Below the pieces are notes generated by a model, which saw only the letters and a list, made by a program, of their open reading frames with translations, was not told the origin of the DNA and searched no databases. Both the position numbers and the translations under genes were made by a program. From the NCBI RefSeq assembly GCF_037042905.1, contig NC_087251.1, positions 16,060,001-16,124,000 of the forward strand: a DNA stretch of 64,000 nucleotides. The letters run 5' to 3'. Below, piece by piece: positions 1 to 13,057 of the stretch. The number at the start of each line of letters is the position of its first letter. The stretch's first letter is position 1. Source of the stretch: Lytechinus pictus (taxonomy: Eukaryota).

Positions 1-892
1 ATGAATGTCATTAAATTTACGTAGTTGTTTTTGTTGAAATTGCACATGCAGGAATTGAGACGAAAAGGAAGACAACATTATTATTTGCCAAAAACGATGA
101 AAAGTTAAAATGACCATTGACATTGAGTAAAGTAGATCATTCGCTAACTGACAGACGAATTCTTTGAAGTTTAAAACTGTTTTGATAGGTTTAGCAAGGA
201 ATAGCAAGAAGTGATTGAGCGTGAATCTAATGCATAAAACCTACGTCATTAATTGATCGCCACTTGTATCTGTTAAAGTAACGCTGTTCCTCAACACATC
301 AAAATATAATGATAGGGAGTTATCATTGACGATATTTCGTGCAACAGGAACATGACATCTTAATTTTTTTTTATTATGTTAATGAAGATAGAACAATGGT
401 CAAAGTAATATTGGTACTGAAAGAGTCTGAGTATAGAGCTGTAAATCATGTTGGGTCTTCCTCTTTTTTTTCCTTCAGATTCAAGCTCTATGACAATCTA
501 GACAGATTTTAGATAGACTATCGGATCGCAAGCGCAACACCACGATTGTACCTTAATTCAAATAGACCATGCAGGGAACCTGTTAGATAAAGAGTTGCAT
601 TCAAATACAACTCCAAAAATCAAAGGCAACGTCATCTTCATGCAACCAATCAGAAGAGGGCACGTGGGACTTGCGTTTAACTTTTGCAGTTGCGATTTTT
701 TTTGTATGATTCGGTATTAAGGCCAATGCACATTCTTATAATCTGCGGTGTTTCACAAAGGTTTAAGTGTGACTAAAATTGCACTTAAATCATAACGCAT
801 CATCGTCTGGTGGTCAGATTCAAACAAGAGGACTCGTATTGTTCATATTGGAAGGGTATGATATTAATCAGTGAGTGAGAGCCCCCCCCCCC

Positions 893-926
<34 letters not shown>

Positions 927-3900
927 AGATTAGAACACCCATTAATTTGAGCTAGAATAGTACAAGACGATATATTACATGACTGCGGATGTATTGCCTT
1001 GTTGTGATTTTCTGTTGGAAATGATTTTTTTAATAATAATTTTAACCATAATCATAACCAGCATAACATTTCAACTTGACCCCCCATTTCATTGTCGGAT
1101 TGGTTTATTAGTGATCAGACAACAATACTGTAGAATGATGAATGATAGGTAATCTATGGTTACGTTTGTTTTCTCCAATCCACTCCTAGGAGTTTTGTAA
1201 TCACTGACATAGAAGCAAATATATACTCGACTCCTGATGGTGTGATCACGATTGCTGGATTGCATGCGAAGTAATAAAGAAATAATAGCATTTATGTCAA
1301 TAGCAACCAGGAAACTATACAGACTCGGGAGTTGTATTTGTAAATAACAAAGAGATTATCAAGTACAACGGGATATGAAGATGACTGAGTTTATCTTTTT
1401 TTTTCATTTCTTAAAGAAAAAAGTTAAGCCAAAAAGTTACCAAATATTGGTTAAAAGGGGGAAGATATTCGTCAAGCATGAAGTTTGTGCCATTTAGGTG
1501 AAATAGAATCTAAAAGTTTAAATACTTCTTTAAGTTTCAATGACACATTGAGTATTTAGTACGTTTTTTTTTTACTGTAAACATGCATGACATTTTTTTT
1601 TTATCCAAAACTATACACTTAGGTCTGACGATTACACACTAGAATGTAATGTTTTAAGGGACCATTAAATATTTAAAAAAAAGATAATTGGAATATTATT
1701 GAACATGAAATGTAAGAGGTGCGATTCTACTGAAAAATAATTATTGAGACATACAGAAAGTCTTGTAACTATTTTGAAAGATATTTTACAATATTTTTGT
1801 AATGGGTGGAATATATCTCGAATTTCTGAATTAAAAGAAGTGTGGAATCATCTTCAATTCGTAATGAAGACTCTCATTAAATCGGAGATGAAAAGAGAGG
1901 CCTTTTTTGTGTACACACGACCTGACTTTTTGTCACAACTTGAGGTATTTAATGACCTTTCAAGCGACAAATTCTAAGTTGACATTAGGGAGAGTCAACA
2001 ATGAAGGAAAGGGCGGCGGCGACTTTAAGCAAGAAAACCAACTTTGGATTACAAAGGCAAAACATAAAAGGATCGGGAGAGACTGAAAATGCGCTCACCA
2101 TAAGGCAAATTGACGCAGTAATCAGTCATAATTCGTTATACCAGAGCGATTTCACTTGAGTAGTCTACAAACAGACGAGGAGGAGGTGAAATGAAGAAGA
2201 AAAAAATACAAATCGGTATAATTCAAACAATTTTGATTCCCATCGATCAAATTTTCTCTTGTTTTATCGTGTCCATGGTGTGTAATTGTATTACGGTTGG
2301 TTTACCAGTACTATACTGCATTTAGCGTATATGTGTTTTGTTTCAAAGCATTTTCATTCGATATGGAACTAATATGTCTTGATTTCTTTGGGGGAAAATG
2401 CTGAGTTTTCACCATCAAAAATCAACAATGAGTCTCTTCATAATAATTAACTATAAGCCATGATAAAAACAAGACAAAAAGACCCCCCACAAAAAAGTTT
2501 TCAAGGATATATTTGTATTTATAATACCTAATCTGTAACAAGTGAATAAAAAGTTGAATTGGGTTTCGTCATTGTTTCTTTCATTCCTTGCGAATTGAAT
2601 TTTTCGTGTGTGTGTGTGGGTTTTTTTTTTTTTTTTTTTTTTTGGGGGGGGGAATGTCAAAATAATGGTCCTTGTTGCTACTAGCATGATCACGGTGTGT
2701 CTTAGCATCCACTTTAAATGCAACAACAGATATTGAGGAAGAAAGGAAGGGAATGAGAGAAAGAGGTGGGGAGAGAAAGAGAATCACTACATCTGTGATG
2801 AAAGGACCAATCTCAAAGTTGGGTTGAATGATACCGCAAGATCTACAGGAAAGAATGCTTAAAAAAAAGTTTACCTCTTCTATTTTCTAAAAAGAATTAT
2901 GAAAATGGTACCAGCAGCGGTAGGGTGTCGCCCCAGGCCCGGTCTAATGAGCCCCACCTCTCTGTCTGCCCGAGCCTTGTTTTCCAATTGCTCCTTAAAT
3001 TTATGATGGATGGAGGTAATGACTTTAAAGTAAAGTACGCACCGCTCTTATCCTAATATTGACCAAACTTACACGGATTAAAGTGTGCAAATTTCTCTTA
3101 GCCGTCTGTACCCATATACCGGCCACGTATGACGTATCTCCCTCCCACCCGACCACTTTTTCTTTCCCTCTTTGTTTTTTTTTCTCCTTCAAACACAACG
3201 CTACACATTCATTTGTTGTGGTGAATAACATTGCATCATTCGGTAACTATTGTGATTACATAATATTTATATTTTTATATTCAATATCAGTCTTATAGCG
3301 TTGTCTTTTAAGTGTAATAGACACATTCAATCCAGCGTGATCAACGTTGTAGCAGGTAATCGTATGCAAATTTAGTTTAAATGTATTATTATTTTTATCA
3401 TATTCCTTTAAGGATCGAGTCGGACTAAGAAATATCTTGATTGAGAGAGATGGAAATCAAAGTGAAATTTAGTATTTACTCATCATCAAATTATCTTTGA
3501 TTTCTAATTGGGATGGACTATTAAAATGGAAAATAGTTTGACGTTTTGATGTGATGATTTTTTTCTGAATGACGAATGTCAGGAGCTGAAATTCATTCCA
3601 TTTTCGAAAATGACAAGCAACGAGAAGTTGCATTACCGATATTTACGATCCTTGGTTATTCTCGTGTATATATCCATTTGGGTCTATCTTACAAATCGTT
3701 GCGATCATGTCAAATCAAATCAAAACTTAGATTGAACTTAAATTGCAAAATTTAGAGAGAGGAAATGAGGAAATTGAATGTAAGTATATCACAACTCTGA
3801 CGGCGGGGCCCTGGAGTATATGTTTTCCATGTTTTTCCCCAGTATTAAATGTTAAAATATAGTAAATATTTAATGATTTAATTTCTTTATACTTTCTTGA

Positions 3901-4028
3901 CATAAGATGTTTGAAAGACATAGGGTGTCTCCCTTGTCTCCCTCCTCTCTCTCTCTCCATATAGTCCATAGTTCTCATCGACCTACTCTTTATTTTATTT
4001 TCGAATAATAATCTTAACACTAGAAGTA

Positions 4029-4250
4029 GGTGACACGACATCATTTTGCTCCAGCGACATTTGCTCCGGTATTTATATCTCAGATGGGATATAGGGTTAG
4101 GGTTAGGATTGAAATCGAGTTTTCGGTTAAGAATAATGTAAATATTTAAAGGATAGTGTTTATTTAGTTTTGGAGGTAAACTTTTATGTTTGGCTTAACA
4201 TGCAGATGTTCCATCGGAGCAATTGTCGCCAGAGCAAATGTCATGGAACC
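4029..4250. mobile_element. MITE with GG..CC termini, ~36-bp TIRs, 8-bp TSD and internal telomere-like repeats
   Basis: Left end GGTGACACGACATCATTTTGCTCCAGCGACATTTGCTCCG matches the reverse complement of the right end, GGTTCCATGACATTTGCTCTGGCGACAATTGCTCCG. Flanks are TAGAAGTA / TAGAAGTC. AGGGTTAGGGTTAGG lies inside. Confidence 0.75.
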
Positions 4251-6166
4251 TAGAAGTCACATTAAGATCGCTCTGCTTCAATGTTGACAAATCTTATCTT
4301 CCACAAGCACTTTAACAACTAAGCTCGATAGCCAGTTAGCCATTTATATAATATTCATTTTCATGTCCACAACTCTATTTCACGAAATGGTGGTAACTAC
4401 ATTTTATAATATTATTATCATGTCCATAAAAAATTATGCTTATTTTTTTAATTTGATCTAATTTGGATCTCTATCGAATCAAGCATTTTCGTGAATGAAG
4501 TTGTCGACATTATCACAAAATGTTATACCAGTTATAGAGTAGCTACTATGCAACCAAGAGCGAAAAGAATGGTCCTCCAACCTATGTGTACAGTGCAATT
4601 GTGTTTGAAGAGTTAACTTCTCCAACAAGAGTTTATGACAATTTACAAGGAGAGGCCACTCAGGGACCACTTACGTAAGCTTATTCAACTACTTAGACAT
4701 CTCGCTTTATAATAAGTGAAGATTCGATTATCTAATGAGTGTCATCAGCGAACAAGTCTCGCTTTATGCAATGGTATTACAAGCCGAGCGCCAAGTATAC
4801 AACAATGTTAATTTATTAATCTGTATTAATCAGTATTAATGTCGATGGAAGGGTTGTTTTTGTGTTTTTTAAGTCTACCATGTATAAGATGTATCAGACA
4901 CTTTGTATTCGCATCATCATTTTCAGCTCATTTTCTTCAACATACACTTGTTTATACCTCCCCCCAAAAAGTAAATCTATAATTTTCAAAAAGGAGATTG
5001 ATGCAGGGCCCTTTCGTATCAAAATAAAAGAAAGAAAATGAAATGTAATGTAGTGTTTAGAATGATAATCGGGGAATATATTCTTTCGAATGGACTGTTC
5101 ATTCTACAATAGTTCATTCATTAAACACTTGATCAATGACTGTTACTACGGTCGCTCTGGAATAGTTATATAGGTTTCCACTTGCTGAAAGTTTCTTATC
5201 ATTATTATTCACACGTACTTCATCTAATGCCAAAGTCAAATGGATAAATAATCGGGACACGTGCCCAAACTTAAATCGGATAAAAAATGAGAAAGCTCGA
5301 AGGGCGTCAACGTTCTCACCAAATGTGATACTGTATACATTTTATGCACTTTCTTCCGCTCAACAGCCCCCTTTCGATCGCACCCTCCGCCTGGCATATG
5401 TCCTCTCGGCCCGAGCTAGTTGGGCGAAGAGCGGAGCGTGCGATCGCCGAATCAACTTCGGTTAGCTGGAAAACGCGAGATATTGAGCATCTCAACGGTG
5501 CGTGGGGAGGGAGAAATATTAAGTGGAGACTTGATACTTCGATATGTCTTGAAAAGGCGCGTGGACTGAGTAAACAAGAGATGAAAATGTCCAGGGTAAT
5601 ATGTAGAATAGTGCAGTTTCATATTATTGTATTGGCAATCTGCTTCGTTTTGAGGTTTTCGATGGTGCACTGTCGCAGTTCTTTATCTCTGTGTGTCCTT
5701 ACGATTGCACACCATTTCCCCCTGAAAAGATGTCCTTCATTTTTCAACATCTTTTTTGCAGAAGAGGTGTTAGAATATTTAACGAATTCTTACAACGTGA
5801 ATCCACGGAATTGGAAATAAAATAATATTAGTGTTTCATGCTCAATCAACGGTGTCGAAAGAAAGGGTCATGTTATAGACGGCGCAACTGTTGAAAAAAG
5901 ATCCAGTTTTAATTCAGGTGATGTCCCATGCAAACAGAGAATCCCCTATATAGTAAAATCAGATATAGTAGACTCAGGCAATGGCATAGAAAGTAATATT
6001 CAACAGGGATGCAAAGGAGGGGCGAAGATGCCGATCGGGGGAGTGGGTAGCCCCCTTTCAAGGGAATGTGAATTTTTATTTTAAATTCATGCATGAAAAT
6101 GATACTTTCTACACACTATCATGGACTGTGAAGGTTATAGGCGGACAAGAATAGTGGTGGTGGTAA

Positions 6167-6363
6167 TTTTTTTTATTTCACCGGATTGCTAAGAAAGCAT
6201 GAATGCTTGTAAGAAAACAATCAGAGGACTGATGGCATAAAGTCCTATCCGAGGGACCTGGTAATTAGGATAAATGCATTACCAAAGGGCACTAGCGCAC
6301 CAAGTGGGAATCGAACCCGGGTCACCGGAATACGAATCTCTACCGACTGAGCTATCGCGCCTC
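6167..6363 (-). mobile_element. tRNA-derived SINE
   Basis: Minus strand reads GAGGCGCGATAGCTCAGTCGGTAGAG (A box) ... GGGTTCGATTCCC (B box), then a non-tRNA body and an A-rich tail. The anticodon arm is collapsed, so it is not a functional tRNA. Confidence 0.8.
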
Positions 6364-6656
6364 AGATTGGCGCATAAATTATGACAGCATCTTAAAAAAA
6401 GATAACTATGAGAGAGAGAGCGTAGCGACCAAACCAGAACATGTAGAATATTGATTATTTCAACAATTCAAACTAAGCATTTTGCTCAACAACTCGGTTA
6501 GGTATACATTGAGGTAATGCAGTGAAGGGACTGTTACTTATGTGAGAGGACGCTTAGCTAACGTCCGAAAAAAAAAAAAATCTCCAGTATAATGACGCAA
6601 CACACAATAAGATATAGAAAAGGGCATTGAAAGTGCAAGTCTATTGTCTGTTTTCG

Positions 6657-6703
6657 CAGGGGCAGTGGAATCGGGGGCAGGGGAGCACTTGCCCCCCCCC
6701 CCC

Positions 6704-6740
<37 letters not shown>

Positions 6741-7687
6741 AAGAAAAAAATTCTTTTTTTTTTTTCAAAATGGAAAATGCCCTTTTTTTGAAATAGAAAA
6801 ATTCCCTTTTTCAAAATGAAGTGTGCCCTTTTTTCAAAATAAAATACCATTTTTTAAGTAAAACAAAGTACATATAAAATTAGAAATCACAATTTTTTTT
6901 GCTCGCACTTCGTGCTCGCATCAATTATTAACTAGTAAGGTACTTATCCTGTTCATGGTTAATAATATCCAAGTCCTTTGGAAGCGCATAGAGACATTAT
7001 TCATAATCGTGATATGCGCTATACAAGAACTGTTTATTATTATTATTACAAGAATGCTTAGAATATCCAGTTCTCAGGTTGGAATATCCCCTTTTTTGGC
7101 TCGCGCTTCGCGCTCGCATTATTCAATTGGTGAGATATGTATCCTATTCATGAGTCACTAAATGCAGTCCTTATAAGGTTCCTTTTCTGGTCAGTATATC
7201 AAAAAATTTAGCTCGCGCTTTGCGCGGCGTTAATTTTTTAGTTAGATACACATCTTTTTCATGATTACAAAAACTGCTCGGAATGTTTAATTTTCATGTC
7301 TTATTATATGATGTCCGAAAGTTTGACATGTTTCAGCTTGGCTCGCGTTTCGCGCTCGCAACATCTCGCAAGGATGCCCTTTTAACAGTCATTAGCGCCA
7401 TAATTGACCAAAAAGCTAGTTTTACAACTTCGGATTTGAAAATTCTTTAAACCGCTAACTCGCTACGCTCCCTCGCTGAAAAAAATAAAGCCCAAATATG
7501 TATATCATCAATCAGAAATCACTTCAAAAAGGCTTTGCCCAACTTAATCACTACAAAACACAAAATTACTTTACGCAGATGATAATCTCATGGTGGAAAT
7601 ATCCGTTGGCACCAAAGTGCCTATTTTTACATAATTGCCCTTTTGGCTCCCCCCCCCCCGCGACGGAAATACGTTCCGCCACCTCTG
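6657..7687. mobile_element. hAT-like non-autonomous element
   Basis: Termini CAGGGGCAGTGGAA ... TTCCGCCACCTCTG. 8-bp TSD TGTTTTCG/TGTTTTCA. Internal repeats GCTCGCGCTTCGCGCTCGCA and C-run/A-run tracts. Confidence 0.75.
6968..7048 (+). mobile_element. L2-type SINE/LINE 3' tail fragment inside the hAT-like element
   Basis: AAGCGCATAGAGAC...ATGCGCTATACAAGAACTGTT(TAT)n resembles the 3' tail of the SINE at 20479-20833. Confidence 0.5.
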
Positions 7688-10600
7688 TGTTTTCACCAGT
7701 AAAACTAACAAAGTATTTTCATTTATTTTAGGTCAACAAAAACTAATGGTTTATTGGAAATTGATTTTATTGCTCTAGAAACATAGTGAATTCATAAAAA
7801 GATATATATGTTAAGCATAATATCCAAACCCAGATTTAAAAAAAAAACCATAAAAGTGGAACTGGTTGTTATTTCATAATTGAAAATTACTCGATTTTAA
7901 GGTGATTTGTATTTACTTTGAAAATATTCAAAATCATATATTTGTGTGATAACAATAAAAACAATCCTAATCTACTGCGAATCAAAGCATACATCGAGGA
8001 TAATGAGAAAATTAAAATACACAAACAATACCATCAATATCATAATAGACGTTATAGGCGGCGACATGAGTTTCACACTCATTACCAAAGATTACGATCA
8101 AGTATTGTATACTTTACTACTTTTATATCCTGTCATATTTATTAAAAAGTTAACATGCATTTTGATTATTTCATTCAGTGCATGTATTATCGCTAAAATA
8201 TAAGCCATAAATTATTTCCATTCTGAAGAAAATTCAAGAGCTTGCATGTTCCCTCGTCTTACAAGGGGAAAAGTCAAGTAATACGTCATGAATAATATAA
8301 GATCTTACTAAATAATTTTCATTGTTACATCTAGTGGTTATTTGTTTGCCGTACATAAAATAAGATAATGGTGTACTTCAATCTATTGTTTACTATGGAA
8401 GATAAAACTTAGAAAGGTGTGTACATATAAGGGTAAACAGTGTGTATAAAAAAATACATATATAGATAGAAGGCTTGCGCTCAGAGATGACATATTAGTG
8501 TACTTCTAAAATTTACCAGAATGTGAAAAGTCAAACTGTTCACCAAATTCTCAAAATGTACAAAATAATTGATTGTTCAGTCAGCTTTTCTTTTGTCAAC
8601 GCTTGTTCCTCTGTCCACATCACAGATGAGCATGGCGCATCTAATTAACGTTGAAAACAACAATTCCTCTTTGTTTTCTTTTTTTTTCAAGCAAGGGTGA
8701 GATGAAAGTTTCACTGATACCTCAGCCAATCAATTTGCCAATGCTAATTGTCAAATTAGATAGAGTTAAAGAACTGAAGAAATTAGCGACTAACTGATCA
8801 GTCTGTCGGTTTTCCTTTAATTTCTCTCATGTTACCAAATAATATTAAAAAAATGAATATATAGCTGATGTCATGGTTGTCTTAAATATTAATTTATTGT
8901 CACTCGTGGCGTCAGAATGAAGGAGCGACGTCTCAATCAAAAGATTGGAAGTTGCACGCTTGAGTGTCGTTAATTTAACTGTATTGTTATAAGGATATAT
9001 AGATAAACTTAATATATTGGATACATGAAATAACCTTTGAATATCAGCCCTCTGCATTCTAATAAGATTTATCTTGATACGCTCTGTATAAATGTGACAA
9101 GCTATGTCAATAATGTCTTGGGGATGTCACTAGCGGTGAATCATATTCAAAAGAACTAACAAAAGTCTGATTAGGGTGCGATGTGTACGAGAGAAATTGC
9201 ACGTCTTTCCTGAAAATATTAGGGATCGAAATAATCATTTGCACGACTGAAACAAAAACTAGCCAAGACCTCCAGATGTCAAACATACATTAGGAACAAG
9301 GCGATACGGTTAACCGGCTGTCAGTTTCTTTAAAAAATAAAGAAATTCATCATAATTTTTAACATCTTATAGCTATATACCGAGATAAATCATGCTGAAT
9401 TGCAGAAACATATTATGCTTGTAAGTATTATTTCATATCGAAAAGAAGATAGAGAATATATCTTAATACTTAAAAAAAAATATTATTTTAAATAATATGT
9501 ATCATATTATATTCATGGCAGTGTTTTATCTCACAAGAACATAATCATTTCATTTTGTACGTTCTCCATATCATATTCATTCTTATATGCTTTAGATGTT
9601 TCATAGCATGATATTTACCGAATTTAAAGTAACTTCAAATCACATTCAATCCATTAATTATCTCTATACCACTATACGATCAAAGAGGCAATATTATTTT
9701 AATCCTCCTTCATACATCTTATGGGCAAATTCGTTCATAAACTCAATTATTCACACAACCATACTCTTAAAGTGAGATTTTAAAGTTCAGAAACACTAGC
9801 AATGAATGGGAAGAGTGTTATACACCCTAAATTAAATATGACGGAATCAAAGTGCAATGGTTTAAATGGTAATAAGGTAGATATTTAAAGCTTATAATGG
9901 CCTCAGTTTTAATCAATACTGTCATTCATTTTTTACAATGTAATTATTTTATTTCATTTTTCACTGTTATGTTATGAGATTGTTGTTTCGCATGATTTTA
10001 TGACCGTTGAACATGACTTAAACCTGACTTATTCTGAATAATATTCAAGTATTGAACTTGTATCTTTTCTTGAATATTTAATTAATTGATTCTTATTAAT
10101 AAAGCGTGTTGTCAGACAAAAATTGATATCTTTAATGAAATCAATATAAAAAACAATATTTTTTTCCATTTTCATCAAAAATATGTCAGTTCTTTGAATG
10201 GAATCATATACTAATTAGTGCAGCCGAAGGTATAAGGCAGGAACGGAATCTACCGAAATGTAAAAAGAAGGGGTGCATAATGATGTTGATATGGTTTCGA
10301 ACCTCAGACATCTAGTAGCGAGACCACTTTCTACTGGGCATCTAAGCTACATTTGAATTGATAAGGGGGGGGGGTATATAAACAAGACGTTCATTTTGAT
10401 TCACAGTTGCGCAAAAGGGCCTTTATTCGGCCTTTATATAAAAGATATATCCATGTCGCCTTCCTCGTGCTGCTTTGAATAAGGCGTGTCTGGCTTGAAA
10501 TTATAAGATAAAATGAAATAATGGGAGTTCCCTAAGTAATCAAACCACTGAAAGGTTTTACGAAACATTCATTTTATACGAAGACCAGACACTACGCTTG

Positions 10601-12449
10601 ACCGCCACGCTTTTCAACAAAGACTGCACGGCCTCAATGAATCCTGAACAATAGATGGAGAAAATAGATTCTGCGAACCATATTGGAATGACATTCAACG
10701 TCATTTGACGTGTCTATGAGAATTAAAAGCCCTAGAATGTACTGGATTCAGCTTATCGATACGTAGGTCCAGGCCTTTGCAGGGAACGGGACCAGAATAA
10801 TTAAGGAACGTATAAGCCACTGCCGAATGGGTTTTAGGTTTTAAATCCGTCTCGTCTTTTTGATTTGCCACGAAGCGTGCTTATTATTTGCTGTGACCGC
10901 TATGTATCGAGGGATTTAAAAGGTGCTGTTAAGCTTAGATGAGACACCAATGTGGTCTCCTGTGCCGATTAAATAGGTAGGATTATCGAGGGTATAGCCG
11001 TGACTGCTCAACATGTATGAGGTATCATCAAACATGGGGGATCACTATATATGTATTTTAATATTGGCTAGCCTCGGAACCAACCTCAGTAATCGCATGG
11101 CTTAAGAGACAGAATATAAATCCTTGAGAAGAATAAAAAGCGAATCCTAACCATTAAGATACTTGGAGCAAGTAGAACCCCCCCCCCAAAAAAAAAAAAC
11201 CCTTAACAAACACAAGATCCCCCTATATAAGTGGTGGCAAATTGACACTATAGACAATGCGTTTCATTAAAATCGTTTTCTTATATAAATACGACTTGAT
11301 TGTACATAATAATTGTGAAACAATAATTCTATTGAAGTTCTCTTGTGATGACAACAAGTCTTTATTTGTGACACATTGAGATATCACGATGCACACCTGC
11401 ATTTTGCTGATCGGAAGTATATTTTGTTTCGAGAAAAGAGAGTTTTTCTTTGGTATATCCATGCATCCTATACCTCCGTCCAACGCAGGTGGGGGAGCAA
11501 AGTTTTTATCTGCTTTCTTCAAAGAAAAGAAAGGGACACTTAAGCTCCATGGTGTTTTGATTTCGCACGAACACGATATCTAGTAGAGGCCTTGGTCATT
11601 TTATGCAAATCGAAACTTTCCAATTATTATTCCGAGTCGGTTACGATAAGGCACAAGATCCGGTCGATCGTTATTTTGTATTCTTTTTCTAAAATGTTGG
11701 CGTTAATCCCGCACTCTTCCCATCAGATCATGACTTGTTCGGAAAACACGTCACAGAATGTTCTACGTGTACTTTGTTAAAAAAAAGTGTATATACAGGG
11801 AGGATTGCTTTCCTTTCTTATTATTCTGTTTAATGAGAAATAAGTTTTATTAATAGAAAACTATGCTATAATAATGATTTTTATCTATTTTTCAGGATTT
11901 CTAATTGGAAGATTTGAGTCTTAGAAAGAGCAGGGAAGTGGGAGTTTAAAACTCCCACTTCCCAGCTGGAAAGAGGTAGTGGAAGAGTATGTTACATGGC
12001 ATGTAACAGTGATATCTCATGTTTATTTTAAATAGACGTATTATAGGATTTCCATTTTCATTTGAAATATTCAATTGTTTTTAATCATCGAGTTATTAGT
12101 AATGTAGACACTTTGTATCTGCTATATACTTGAAATTTATTTCATAGAAACTATCGAAAATAATAGGCGTGACAAACTTGGTGCGTTTCAATATGTCTAA
12201 TAAAAATGGGAAATTGTGTAAATGAACTACAAAAAAGGGAAAAAAAACAACAACCCAATTGTTTTTTTTTTTTACATAACTATTGAAAACGAAATAATAA
12301 TCAATTTGAACACATTTCATGGATTGAATTTACAGCCTACTGACCGTCCTATTTTAATCTGCGATTCACTTTTTTTTACAATTGATCTTCATTAAGAGAA
12401 TTGAAATAAAAAAAGACATAAATAAAATCCCCATTTACACGAAAAAGGG

Positions 12450-12800
12450 CAAAATTTGGTGGTTATGCGTGGCGTCTTAGATCCCACTAGACCACGCCCC
12501 TTCACTCGGTCACTGTGCCAAAAACTGCCAATGGACCCTCTCTTATTTACCCCGGACTCACACGAATACCGTGCGTGTGTCTCCTCGCATAAACCCATTA
12601 CCGTATATCTCCGAAGAGGGTGCGTGTGTATGCGTGTATTTATCCGATAGAGTTCGTCGCCTCTGATATTACCATTGGGGGTTTCTTTGAACCATTGAGG
12701 CGATGAGCCGAGTCATAGGGGGGCAGGGTCACATCTTATCGTGGCTTCGTGACACTTTACCTTCAGCGCTAGTGGCGTTCGCACTGTCTCTCATCAAGTC
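12450..12800 (+). promoter_or_regulatory. Candidate Nkx2.2 proximal promoter
   Basis: Local rise in GC/CpG 250-600 bp upstream of the ATG, with an Sp/KLF-type CCACGCCCC (~12492) and CCAAT (~12527). The TSS cannot be determined from sequence alone. Confidence 0.45.
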
Positions 12801-13057
12801 GTCTCGAAAAGGTTTCTCATTTCAGCTACCTGCTCTTTCGTTCTCGATCTCACCATCCTCGATTTTTTTGTTATTGCATCTCAACTTAATTAGTTCATGT
12901 TTTCATCACGAACCTGATCTAATTACTTATTCTCTGGATACATGTTAAATATTTCCAAAGTGGATGCATGCAATGTTACTGTGATTGTCTTCATTTAGAC
13001 GGATACCTACATGAATGTTCTTTCTTCATCACCTGCAAGAGATTGAATATCTATTAA

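Noticed and set aside
883..923. Recurrent C-run/A-run junctions (also ~2620, 6692, 11178, 35858, 50202)
   Set aside because: Two lie inside hAT-like MITEs and the rest are probably remnants or simple homopolymers; run lengths are unreliable in assemblies.
5344..5820. 158-aa ORF with a hydrophobic segment
   Set aside because: No recognisable domain or supporting exon structure; it overlaps a GC patch that lowers stop-codon frequency.
12489..12500. Possible Gli site (vertebrate Nkx2-2 is a Shh/Gli target)
   Set aside because: GACCACGCC differs from GACCACCCA at two positions and fits Sp/KLF better. I noticed no exact Gli consensus, though my scan was manual.
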